64,000 bases of DNA from Antechinus flavipes (lineage: Eukaryota), in assembly GCF_016432865.1 (NCBI RefSeq), contig NC_067404.1, positions 84,940,001-85,004,000 on the forward strand, given 5' to 3'. The position numbers and the translations under genes were made by a program. The notes beneath the pieces were generated by a model. It made no database searches and was not told where the DNA came from. It was given only the letters and a program-made list of their open reading frames with translations. Positions 42,621 through 53,589 of this stretch are shown here, one piece after another (position 1 is the stretch's first letter; each line of letters opens with the position of its first letter).

Positions 42621-42799
42621 TCTGAGAAGGACTGCCTGGAGGAGGAAGAAGGTGGGGTCCCCGAAGCGGGGGAGGGGGGGTTGATTTGAACCAGGTGGTC
42701 TATATGAGCTTCATGCTGGCCTGGTTTTCCAAGTGTAACCCAGGGTCTGCCTGTGGGGATGCGGGCTGGGAGAGGTCAGAGGAAAAAGAGCAGAGAAGG

Positions 42800-42805
42800 A
42801 ATAAA
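42800..42805 (+). terminator. GRM6 poly(A) signal (candidate)
   Basis: AATAAA 180 nt after the stop. Confidence 0.5.
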
Positions 42806-42959
42806 AACCAGGGGACCCCAGGGACACGTTGGTGATTACCGGCATGATTCTTGGTTCTGGGCAGTCTAATAGAGTCCGGTTCCACTCTTCCTGGTGGTCC
42901 ATGTGGACACATGGGGCGCTACCCTCATTAATCTTGGGAGAGAACAAAAAGTTGACACC

Positions 42960-42965
42960 TTTATT
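42960..42965 (-). terminator. ZWINT poly(A) signal (candidate)
   Basis: Minus-strand AATAAA ~35 nt after the ZWINT stop. Confidence 0.6.
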
Positions 42966-43000
42966 GGCTGTATCTTTGTGTGTGTGTGTGGGGGGGGGGG

Positions 43001-44747
43001 TTACTGCGGGTGGCTTGCTGGGGCTCCAGAAAGGTTTCTGTTTCCTCCATCTCCCTCAGCTTCATGCAGCTTCTCCAGAAGTCCTAGGAAGGCGTCAAGT
43101 CTGCAGAAACAGAGGCTGCCGCTCGTGGGCCTGCCCCACTCAGCCCGGCCTTCTTCCACCCCTGCCCCCTTGGGCACCAAGCCACAGATTCCCACCTCTG
43201 GGCGCTTTCCTGCTTTTCCCGCTGGATGGCCAGCATCTTCTCCCAATGCCGGTTGGCACTCTCTAGACGCTCCCTCTGGGCTTGGGTTTCAGCCACTAGC
43301 TTCTGCCTTTGAACTTCCTGTGAGGACAGAAATCAGCCTGTCGATACCCGACTGCTACCCCGGTGCCCTCCTTCCTCGGCTGCCCTCACCTGCCCTCACC
43401 TGCCCTCACCTGCTTATGCCTCTGCTCAGCCTGGGCCAAATCCTTCTGCTTCTCCAAAGTCTGCCTTTTGTCCTGGGCCTCCCCCAGAGCGCTCTCCAAT
43501 AAAGCCTGCTTCTTCTGGCCAGTCTCCAGTTGCAGTAGGGCCTTTGGCAGTGCCATCTCGATGGCTTCCACCTGTTTCTGATGCTCGGCTTTCAGGTCCT
43601 TCCAGAGCTGTTGGGCTGTACTGGCTTCTGCACCTGTGCCAGGGAAGAGGGAAACCGAGTTGAGTTCTCCCTGCCATTCTTCCCCCCCACTCCCTTCACA
43701 AAGCTCTTCAGGCTACAGCTGTGAAGAAGCTTACGGATGTCTTCTTCGGGGTCCACTGTCATGTCCATGTGCTCCAGGAAGTCCTGGAGGGCATCTGCCA
43801 CCTGCAGCTGGCTCCACAGAAGCTTCTCCTTCTTCCTGGAGTCCTGGGGAGAGTTCACCAACATGTTTCCAAATACTTTCCCTGGGAGTGGGGGGGCTGC
43901 TCCTAAGGCAGGATCTTAAAGGGTAGGGAGTGATTTTCTCTGAGTTTTACTGTCACTGTGTGTGTGTGTGGGGGGGGGGGGGAGAATCAGCTCTTGGAGC
44001 TCTCTAGGCATGAGAGGCTGAGCTGGGCCTTCTGGGGGCTCACCTTCAAGAAATCTGCCAGCATGGCAGAGGACATCTCCTCCTCCTGTGCCGGGGGAGC
44101 TGCTAAGGCCGCTGAGGCTGAAGCCAGAGCCCTAGAATGGGGAGCACAAAATCTGGAGGATGGGAACTGAAGTCCAGGCCGCACCCCCCAACCTCAATCC
44201 ACGGCTGGGACAGACTCCCGCCACATACACCTCAAGCCCTGGCCTGCCCAGACCCCACACATACACCAGGACCCCAGCCCTGACAGACCCCTCCACACAC
44301 ACACCTCAATCTCCAACCTGGGCAGATCCCCTCATCCCTCACACCTGGATCCCAGCCCATAGACCCCCCCCCCCCTCAATCCCCAGCTCAGACACCAACC
44401 TTCCACTTCAATCCCCAGTCCAGGCAGAGCCCCACACACACACCTGGACCTCGGCCCTGACAGACCCTCACACACACACACACACCTCCAAGCCCCAGCC
44501 CAAACAGACCCCCCCCCCCCTACACATACACCTCGAGCCCTGGAGCGGACAGAACCTCCCATCTTCACCTCGACCACGCCCCAGGCAAATATCCACCCCC
44601 ACCCCGCCTGGATCCCCGGCCCGGACAGACAGTCCGCCTCCACCTCCATCCACACGCCCCAAGCACTGCCAGCCCCACACAGCCCGCTTACTTGCCCGAG
44701 GCTTTAGCTGCAGCCGCCGGCGATTCACCAACATCCTGGGACTCCAT
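43001..44747 (-). CDS. ZWINT: ZW10-interacting kinetochore protein (Zwint-1 orthologue); 232 aa
   Basis: Exons 44747-44692, 44131-44044, 43843-43735, 43633-43410, 43317-43196, 43100-43001; phases consistent (699 nt). DSRKKEKLLWSQLQVADALQDFL aligns to human DSQKKDKLLCSQLQVADFLQNIL; QLWKDLKAEHQKQVEAIEMALPKALLQLE aligns to EQWKELKATYREHVEAIKIGLTKALTQME. Intron phases agree with the human gene as remembered. Confidence 0.85.
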
Positions 44748-45350
44748 ACCTTCGAAAGCGCCGCGGTCCGAAACGCTGAAAGTTAGAGGAGCCGTCTCCG
44801 AGCGCTGATTCGCTGAGGCAGGAAGCCGTGCCCTCCCCCTGACAGCAGTCACGCTTCTCGAGCGCTCATTGGTCGCCTTTGAACTCACCCTTCTTCTGAT
44901 CCGTCCCCACCTCGGCCGACAGCGGCCAACTACATCTGGGCCCGCCTCCTCAGCCGAAGGTCGCCTCCCATTGGTTCATATGAGCGCGCGGAGCGCCGCG
45001 GGGACGGAGGCTCCCCCTCCCCGTCCCACCCCCCCCACCCGCGGATGCTGCTATGCCCTGGCGCGGCTCGGGCCCGGCTCCCTTGGGGGCGGCGAGACGC
45101 GCTTCTCAGGCCCGTTCCATGGACTTCGGGGCGCCTGTTCTGGCCCTTGCCGGCTCGAAAGAGGGCGCGGGGCTGCCTTGGGCCCCGATCGCCCCTCGCC
45201 TCCTTTCCCCGGCTCGCCGCCCTCCTTGCCAGCTGGGCCGACCCGGAGGGTGCCCACTCCTGCTTCCATCCCAGATTTTTCTGTCTTCTTCCTGTGAGTC
45301 ACTTCTTTGTTTTCCCAGCGCCCAGCGCTTAGTAGTCACTTAAAGGGTGC
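44748..45350 (-). promoter_or_regulatory. ZWINT CpG-island promoter
   Basis: CpG-rich; minus-strand CCAAT boxes (ATTGG at ~44868 and ~44971), typical of cell-cycle promoters. Confidence 0.7.
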
Positions 45351-46619
45351 GGACAAAAGCCCCAAAGAGCCCCGCTCTAGATTGATCGGGCCCTATGTGC
45401 CCCAATAGGGGAAGGCTGCCAGGAAGCCCACGGAGACATAAGGCTGATGCCGCAGGGGGAGCTGTGAGGGTGTAGCCTGGTGGGCAAGTCCCAGCGAACT
45501 CCGGAAGTCCGAGGTTCTTCCTCCTACCCTCTTTGGGGACCTAGCAAGTCCGCTTCTGACTTTCCTTATTGCTTCCTGGCCTTCTCCCCGCTCAGCTGCC
45601 CTGTGGGGTGCTGGCCTAGGAGGATCACAGCAGCCAGCTCCTTTTCCCCTAGTCCTGGAAAGGTGACAACACACCTTCCTTCCCCACAGTGGTCAGGGCC
45701 TATGTCAAAGGCAAAAAGGATTGAGAGTATTCTGCATGTTATGGTACAAGCCTATCGGAAAGTTTCTTAAGTTCATTTTTACTTCCCTTTAAGTTTAAAT
45801 CCGATCCCATGAGACATCCTGAAGTGACATAACTAAGAACATGGAGCAAGGCAAATTCACAAGGATAAATTGCTGGGCTTTAGCTTGGGGGGCCTGAGTT
45901 CAAGTACTTCATAGTATGGGACCCTAGGTAAGTCATGTGACTCACTAGTCTGATGGGAGGCCCAGCTTCTCGGGGCTCAGTAGCCTTGACATAGCACTTG
46001 GTGTTTTTTTGAGCAAAGCAATTCACAAAGATGATCTCACTCCCCCACTCTAGGAGGGAAGCACTCTTATTAGCTAGGTTTTGCAGGGCTAATGGATGGC
46101 TGAACAAGCAGGCTATATAGAGGGCAAGCGAAGTCACTGACTCAAAATCCAATGACCTCCAGAAGAATCCCTGGTTTTCTTGGCCTTCTTGTGACTGGCA
46201 CCCTTGAAATGGACATGGTGCCAAAGGGTTTGTCATTGGATTTGGCACCCAAAGACCTCCCTGTGCAAATCCCTTCCCTGCTCTAGGCCTTGACTTCCCT
46301 TTCTGCAAAATGGAGATTCACTAGGCCATGTCTGATGTTCCTTCCTATGTGAAATCCCAAAAGTTTCCTTGGAGAAGGCAGGCAGATTATACCCTAATAA
46401 GGTCTGCCTCTCTGTCACAGAACTTGGATAGTTCTTTTCCAATCAGCTCCAAATGTAGTTGCTCTCTTTAGCTCAGCTGAGCTGTTTTCAGTAAGTTGTC
46501 AAGTGGAGAACAATCTAATTAAACTTAAACCATACCAAAGGGAGAATTACTTGTAGTCACAAATTTGAGGCCTGGTAAGCAAGTGGGGTTCAAACAGAGA
46601 GTGAGTGGGGTGGGGGGAG

Positions 46620-46790
46620 CTGGTTAGTGGAGAGAATGCTGGACTGGGATCGCTATGTCGGCTCCGCTTATGTGACCTTGGACCAGCCACTTTGCTCTAT
46701 GAGCTTCAGCTTCCTTGTCTATAAAACAAAGGGGTTAAATTCCCTGGTCGCTGAGGTTCCTTCTACCTCTAGACTGAGAACGATCCTGCT
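46620..46790 (+). mobile_element. MIR-type CORE-SINE
   Basis: TGTGACCTTGGACCAGCCACTT...CAGCTTCCTTGTCTATAAAACAAAGGGGTT, CORE region. Confidence 0.6.
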
Positions 46791-47309
46791 TTTTCCTCCT
46801 TCCTCCCTCCAGTTTGGGAAGAACCCTAGAACCACCACCTCTTACTTTCAGGGCCGATCTAGTGTGAGCTTCAGCACTTGAAGAGCAAGGCCGTGGTGGG
46901 AGCACTACCTCCACTTTGGAAAGATTCCGGGTTCCTGTAGCTTGGGCGGAGATGGGAGGCAGAGATCCGGTCGCACTTGGTTATTTGGAACCACAGCCGA
47001 AGACCATGTTAGCGAGACAGCTGCCCTAAGTCACCCTCAGAACCGGCAGTAATGCTGCATCCCAAGTGTCAGAAAACCGGTCCCATTGTTAGGCCTCCTT
47101 ATCTGGCATTTTTGAGGCAACACTGACCCCTCGTGGCTGTTTTCTTAATTGACCTGGGGTTTTTCTGATCTCTCCCTTTTAATACATTATACTGTTCTTG
47201 GCCTTGTGAAGCTGATTTTGATGCTTCCTTGACTTTAGTTTCTTTATATGCCCCGCCCCCCCAACTAAGCTCCGAGCCTGTCCCTATTGTCCATGTTAGC
47301 TCTTTTTTC

Positions 47310-48170
47310 CCCCTTTTATTTATTTTTAAAGCTTTTTATTTTCACAACATATGCACATATAATTTTTCAACAATGACCCTTGTATAGCCTTATGTTTCAG
47401 ATGTTTCCCTCCTTGCCCCCCGCCTCCTCCCCCAGACGGCAAACAATGTTAAACATGCTAAAATATATGTTAAATCCAATATATAGAGACATTTCTACAA
47501 TTCTCTTGTTGCACAAGAAAAATCAGATCAAATAGGAAAGTGTAAAAAACAAAATGCAAGTGAGCAACACCAAAAAGAGTGAGAATGTTACACTGTGATC
47601 CACACCAGTCCCCAGAGGGAAGACTGTGAGAGCCCCGTCCATCAGAATTGATTGTCATATAATATTGATGTTGCCGTGTATAAAGGTCTCCCGGTTCTTG
47701 GCTCAGTTCACTCAGCATCGGTTCGTGCCTCTCCAGGCCTTTCCAAAATCATCCTTCTGATCATTTCTTCTAGAACAATAATATTCCATAACATGCATGT
47801 ATCCTAACTTATTCAGCCATTCCCCAACTGATATGCACCCAGTTTCCAGTTCCTTGCCACTATAAAAAGGGCTGCCCCAAACATTTTTGGCACATGTGGG
47901 TCCCTTTCCCTTCTTTAAGATCTCTTGGGCGGGAGGCAGCTAGGGTAGCAGTGGGTAGAGCACCAGCCCTGGAGTCAGGAGGACCTGAATTCAAATCTGA
48001 CCTCAGACACTTAACACTTCCTGGCTGTGGGATCCTGGGCAAGTCACTTAACCCCAATTGCCTCAGCAAAAAGTAAATTTAAAAAAATAAAGAGTAGATC
48101 TCTTTGGGATCCAAACCCAATAGTGAGACTGCTGGATGAAAGGGTATGCACAGTTTGATAACTTTTTTGC
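47310..48170 (-). mobile_element. 5'-truncated LINE-1 3' end interrupted by WSINE1
   Basis: Same family as 1072-2165 and 2722-3370; sequence continues on both sides of the SINE. Confidence 0.8.
47927..48095 (+). mobile_element. WSINE1 with 9-bp TSD
   Basis: GGCAGCTAGG..GTAGAGCACCAGCCCTGGAGTCAGGAGGACCTGAATTCAAATCTG...CCCCAATTGCCTCAGCAAAAA; TSD AGATCTCTT at 47918-47926 and 48096-48104. Confidence 0.9.
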
Positions 48171-48830
48171 TTGGTGGCTTTTTTAAGCTGAGCTGTGTCA
48201 CTTCCAATCTGATGAGAAGAGAGACCCTCTGAAGCCTTTCTTCAAATCACTGATAAAAATTGGTAAACATATGGAAACACTTACTTGAAGTGCTGCCAAG
48301 GGAAGAAATAGGGCCAGATACTACACTCCATGACCCCAACAATGTAAATAGAAAGAACCCTTAACTCCTCCCTCTACCCCCGACTGTTGTCAAATGGCAA
48401 AGAAAGAGGGGAGAAGTCACCTCCCCCCCACTTCTTGGCTGAGCTGAGGCCCAGGGGTGAGGAATATTGCACACAAGGTCAGGAGCTTTAAGTGTGTTGA
48501 TTGGTTTGGCTAAATGAGGTTTTTTTTTCCTTTTCTTCCTTTTTCTTTTCTTTACAAAAATTCTTTCTTCTAAGGGATGGCTCTCTTGGGAGGGGGCAGG
48601 AGACAGGAGGAAATCCAGGGAAGGTGATAACCAATGACATCAACACAAAATGATGTTGTCAAAGATGTTAAATAACCCAGGAGCAAGCACAGATCCTGGA
48701 CCTCCCGCTACATACTTCCTTCCAGATTAACATCAAAGCTTAGTGACTTCTATACTGTGTGTATAGCCCCAGGATTCCCCATCTCTCCATCTTGTCCATA
48801 AAAATAGTGTGAAACTTGGTGGATGGGTTG

Positions 48831-48833
<3 letters not shown>

Positions 48834-48867
<34 letters not shown>
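48834..48867. repeat. (CA)n microsatellite adjoining a short antisense L1 3' fragment (to ~49030)
   Basis: Direct reading. Confidence 0.85.
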
Positions 48868-48869
<2 letters not shown>

Positions 48870-49189
48870 GCGCGCGCTTTTCCTTTTTCCAAATACATGC
48901 ATAGTTTGCAGCATACATCTTTGCAAAACCTTGTGTTCTAAATTTTTCTCCCTCCCTCCCCGCCCTTTCCTCCTGCCCCTTCCCTCACACAGCAAGCAAT
49001 CTGTGTTGCACAAGAAAAATCAGATCGAAAGGGAGCCCCCACACACACTTTGGTGGATGTTTTGCGCGGGTTCTTTTGGCGGAGCGGGGATGGGGGGTGG
49101 GGGTTAGGCAGGTAAGGCTTATGTAAGGGGGGGGGGCGGGGCGGGATGACGGCACGTCCCAGGAAGCCTCCTGCTCAGGAGGAGCTGGG

Positions 49190-50270
49190 AGCTGGGCCTT
49201 GAAGGAAGCCAGCAAGGAGGAGGTGACCGGGCCGCCGTGGGGAGGAAGGGGCCGGGGCAGAGACAGCCTGTGGCCGCCTTGGGCTCGAACCTTGAAGCCT
49301 TCCCCTTGGGAGCCTGAGCCAGCCTTGGTTGGAGACTTATTTTCAAGCGGCAGTTAGCCAGGGGATCACTAGATGGCACTATCGGCTAAAAAATCAGATC
49401 AGCAAACCGTCTCGCTCAGTTCCCCCGCCCCTTTCTCCTTTTGTTCCTTCGGGAGGTAGCTGGACGCTCAGGCGCAGGCTCCCGCCAAGCGGGGCAAAAA
49501 GGGGAGGGGGGAGCTAGGGGCGTGGCAGTCGGAAGCCTCGCTTACCCCGGGCTGGGCGGGAAGGGGCGGAGGCCGACGGCGGGCCCTGGGCGGTTAGAGG
49601 ACTCCTCTTGCCTGTGGCTTCCCCTGCCCTCCCCTGCGCTGGGGCCGGCTCCTGGTAAGACGGGACGGGTGGGGGGGAAGTGGTGGCGGGGATGGAGGGG
49701 GGGAAGGGAGGTGGCAGGTGCGGCTGGGGAAAGAAAACCGGGTTGTGAGGGGGTTACTATAAAGCTTAGCTCCGCGCCTCCCCTTTTGTCTCCCTTCCCC
49801 CCGCAGCCCTTCCATGTCCCGTGGGCTCTCGGGGTCGGGCCTGGGCCTTGAGGAGTCGGGGTTAAGGCGGGGTATCGGGTCCGGTTCAGGGAGGGGTAGG
49901 CCTCGTGTATTCTAAGCCGGGCCCGTGGCGTCAGGCCCAGGATGGGGCGGGGCCTCCTGAGGAAGCCCCGTGGTCCCGCCGGGTGCGGTCCCGCCGAGTG
50001 CAGTCCCTCTGCGTGTCCTGCCTCGGGCTCTTTCCCCCGGGCTCTTGCTATCGCTCCCTGCATTCTGAAGCTTTCTCGAATGACTCCAGCCGCCATTTGC
50101 CCGTGGGGTCACTTTCTCGTCACTTTGCAGACTTTGAGGTCCTTAGTGTTTCTCTGCCCCTCCCCCTTTGCACTGGCCCATGTGGAGGCAGAGGGAGCTA
50201 TGATTCTCAAAGGGGCCCAACCAGACGTTTATTTCTGGATCTCCTCAAGGGAGTGATGGGGGCGACTGGG
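49190..50270. promoter_or_regulatory. Orphan CpG island / probable bidirectional promoter
   Basis: GC- and CpG-rich with many G-runs; strong donors on both strands (minus GGG|GTAAGC at 49546, plus CTG|GTAAGA after 49654); no recognisable CDS. Confidence 0.6.
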
Positions 50271-50343
50271 CCCTGACCCCTTGGGGTTTTGATCTCACAT
50301 TTCCTGGAAAACAACAGGCCCCTAGAGGGGCTGCTATTACTTG

Positions 50344-50546
50344 CAGTGATCCTCAAAGTGTAGTCCAAAGAATTGTTGGAATCTCTGAAACTCTTTCAGA
50401 GGATCTACAAATTCAAAATTATTTTTTATTTCTAATGCAGTTAATAGCTATAAATCTAACCCATGTGAACAAAAACTCCTTGAACAGATCGTCCGTGGTT
50501 TTTTAACAACATAAAAATACTGAGAACAAAAGTTTGAAAACCACTG
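50344..50546 (+). mobile_element. hAT/Charlie-type MITE
   Basis: Imperfect TIRs CAGTGATCCTCAAAGT / AGTTTGAAAACCACTG; homologous to 29375-29570. Confidence 0.7.
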
Positions 50547-53500
50547 CTTTAAAATCTCATTGATTTCGTTGCTTCAGTGTGGAGAATCTGACACTCCTCC
50601 CCCCCATTCTCCTTCCCCCTCCCTCTTCATAACTGCAGACACCTGGGGTGGCCAAAGCCAGAGATGGAAATGGGTCTGTGACGGACAGGACAGACTGTGG
50701 ACTGCCTCCTCGGGACTGTAAGTAGAGGGTGCCCCCTGGCTCTGTTTCCATGGGGATGGGGGGAGAGAAAAAGTAAGATGGAAAGTTTCTTGCACTAGGA
50801 GGGGGTGATTTCTCAACCCGTGACCCAACTGCAAGGAGAACACATACTTGGGCTCCATCTGTTTAGGAGTGAGACAGATCCCCCTAAAGCTTGCCGTGTG
50901 TATTGTGGTAGGCACTGAGAGGGATGCAAAGGTGGCCATGTGGTGTCCTGGCAGAGTGTGCCAGTTACTTGGAATAAGGAGATTTGGGCATTTGAGTCCT
51001 AGTTTTAGGAAACTCTGGGTGAACTTAATTTTCTGGAAGATGGAAGTAGGGATGCCTTGAAGGCAGCTACCAGAGAGGGGCAAGGAAGGAAGCATTCCCG
51101 GGTTCAGAAGTGAATGAGCCAAGGTAGAGAGCTTTGGAGGTCTTCCCAGAGCCTGTCAGCTTGGTAGGGATATAAACAAAGAACATTGAGCTTGTTCTTA
51201 GCATTGGCCCATGCTGAGGCGTAGCAAACTATGGGCAAGTCCCGAATTCGTGCTTAGCCAGCTCTGCTACTAGAAGCATGGGGGGTGGGGGGGAGAATCC
51301 CATGGTGGGGAATCCCATGGAGGTGCTTCCATTTTCTCCTAACACTGTGCTATCCATTTGGTCAGCAGCAGCTCAGAATTCAGAGTTCTCCGGGCTGCAG
51401 AGACAATGGTTCTGGGAACCTCTAAGGAGATTTTTCTTGGGCTCGAGATGGACCAGGAATGTTTGTGGTAGATATCTCCAACACATAGAAAATGAAAAGC
51501 ATCCCTGGGATAGATAATGTATGTATGTGAGAGAGAGAGAGAGAGAGAGAGATTAGTGAGGGAACGCCCTCTTCCAAGAAGTTGGTATCATCTCTGCAAC
51601 TTTCCAGACTCAGTTGTCTCAGGTACAGAAAGAGCAAGTCAGAATCACCTAGTAGATGTGTCTCTGAGGTAAGGCTTGAACCCAGGGCTTCCTGGCTTTT
51701 TGTTTATTACCCTTTCTACTGGTAAACCTCATGTGATAGCAGTAGTGGCCAGGGTGAGGGGAGGGACACCTGAGCCTGCTGGTAGTATGAACCGGCCCCC
51801 GTCTTTTGGTAGTGTTTATGGAGACCAGCCTGGTAGCCTGCCTAGATCCTTGTGCTGGTGAAAGCATTAAAAATCAGGACAAAAGCTTGTTTTGCTGCAT
51901 TAGGAAATTTATTGCCATACTTTTTAAGTGTCTGATAAAAACAAAAACAATGAATTTAATAATGTAATTCAGTTAAACAGGCATCTCTTACACATATTCA
52001 GTGCCAACTTTTAGAGCTACAAAGACAAAAAGGGAAGGCTAATACTCTTCCAGAAGCTTCTATTCCACGGGGCCAACCTGTGGAATATCACTGTCACAGA
52101 CTCCTCATGCTGCCAGAAAGAATGACCCAGAGAGAAGCTGAGTTTTACAAGACTGATACTTAATAGATGTGGCCAGAGGGTATCGGTAGTTGGGTCGGCC
52201 AGTAGCAGTAAGAGATGGTAAGCCAGCCAGGCCTTCTGGTCCTGTTGTGGGAGCTGTAGCTCTTTTGGAAACTGATCCACGAGGGCCACTGGGATCCGAA
52301 GGCTTTGCAAAGTGTACTCCCGGCTCTGTTTTTTGGGTTGTTTCTAAAAAGAAAAAAAGAAAAAGTGAGTGCTTGATCCCAGCCTCTGGAAAGAGACGAG
52401 AGTTCTCTTTAAACTCTTTATTGCCCCAACATTATAAAGTTTAACATGAATAGGTTTTGACCAGGGAACCAGTCATAGGGTTTTAGAGCTATGAGAAACA
52501 TGAGAAGCATGTTTTTCAGGTGAAGAAACCAAGTTCCAGAGATAGGAAACAATTGAGGTAGCACAGGTAATACTCTGGGTCAGTAATTCTAGCGGCTAAA
52601 GAAGGCAACTTGATCTTGGCTGTACAAACTAAAAGAGGAAAAAAGCCTTCCCTTCCATCAACACTTACCTGTCCTTCAGTGGCCCCCCGGGTTCATGATG
52701 GTATACCCCCTCCAGTGGGACACAGTTCAACTTCCCACACCTTATTCTTTTGGAGGATTCTGGTCCATGTCTGCCCTTAAAATAAAAACCACACGTAGTT
52801 CCAAATGGGGAAGATAATCTCTTCCATTCAGATCAGCCCTGGTTCTACTATCTCATTAGAATCTTAATTAACTAATGAAAGGAAGCCCCAGGTGGTACCT
52901 GTGATTTCAGTGACATAAAACTGTGAACTTCCAAACCTTTATTGATAATTTTGCTCTGTTTCCATGGTTATTTCTATATCACAGAGAATAAGGGGCACCC
53001 TGGGGTCAAAAGATGTATGTCTGGATCTCAGTGACTGGGATGATGGAGCAAATCTTTTCTCTGGATTTACTTCCTCACCTGTATATTGGGCATAAGGATG
53101 GGGGAATGGTAGACTAGGTGCCCCATAGGATTCCTTCCAGATCTATGTTTTTTGACAAAAGGCAATCACTCACACCTTCCTCAGGTCCCATCTGAGATCC
53201 GATGTTCAGTTCTCATTCAGCACTGCATTTTGGGAAGAATGGCTAGTCCCTTAGGATGGAGATAAAACTTGAAATCTTCTTAGTGAAAGCAAAGGTAGTT
53301 GAGGACGTTTCACGAAGAGGTAAGATGATTTGAGGAAGATGTAATTTCTGTCTTTAGACAGAGATAGAGGCAGAGACTGCAAAAAAGAAAAAAACACAGT
53401 GAGATACAAGGTAAAGGCCACAAAAAGACACAAAATATAGGAGGCAGACGCTATAAACCACCCCCCTCCTCCCAAAACACAACAAAAAGAAAAGACAAAA

Positions 53501-53589
53501 AGCTGTAAACAAGATTGCAGACAAAGGTCGTATCTCCTTCCCCAAAGGACCTCTCCTTTGGGCCACAGGCAGTAAAATTCCCAAAAGCC

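Noticed and set aside
50574-51122. 182-aa minus-strand ORF near the orphan CpG island
   Set aside because: Begins at a non-ATG codon, has no recognisable motif, and has no convincing splice context.
51676-51861. GKPHVIAVV as a KRAB-B fragment (human GRM6 neighbours are ZNF genes)
   Set aside because: Similarity too weak; no KRAB-A exon or C2H2 array in the window.
53040-53100. Minus-strand donor CAG|GTGAGG as an extra lncRNA exon
   Set aside because: It lies in a MIR-like CORE sequence (TTCCTCACCTGTA) where this motif is expected by descent.
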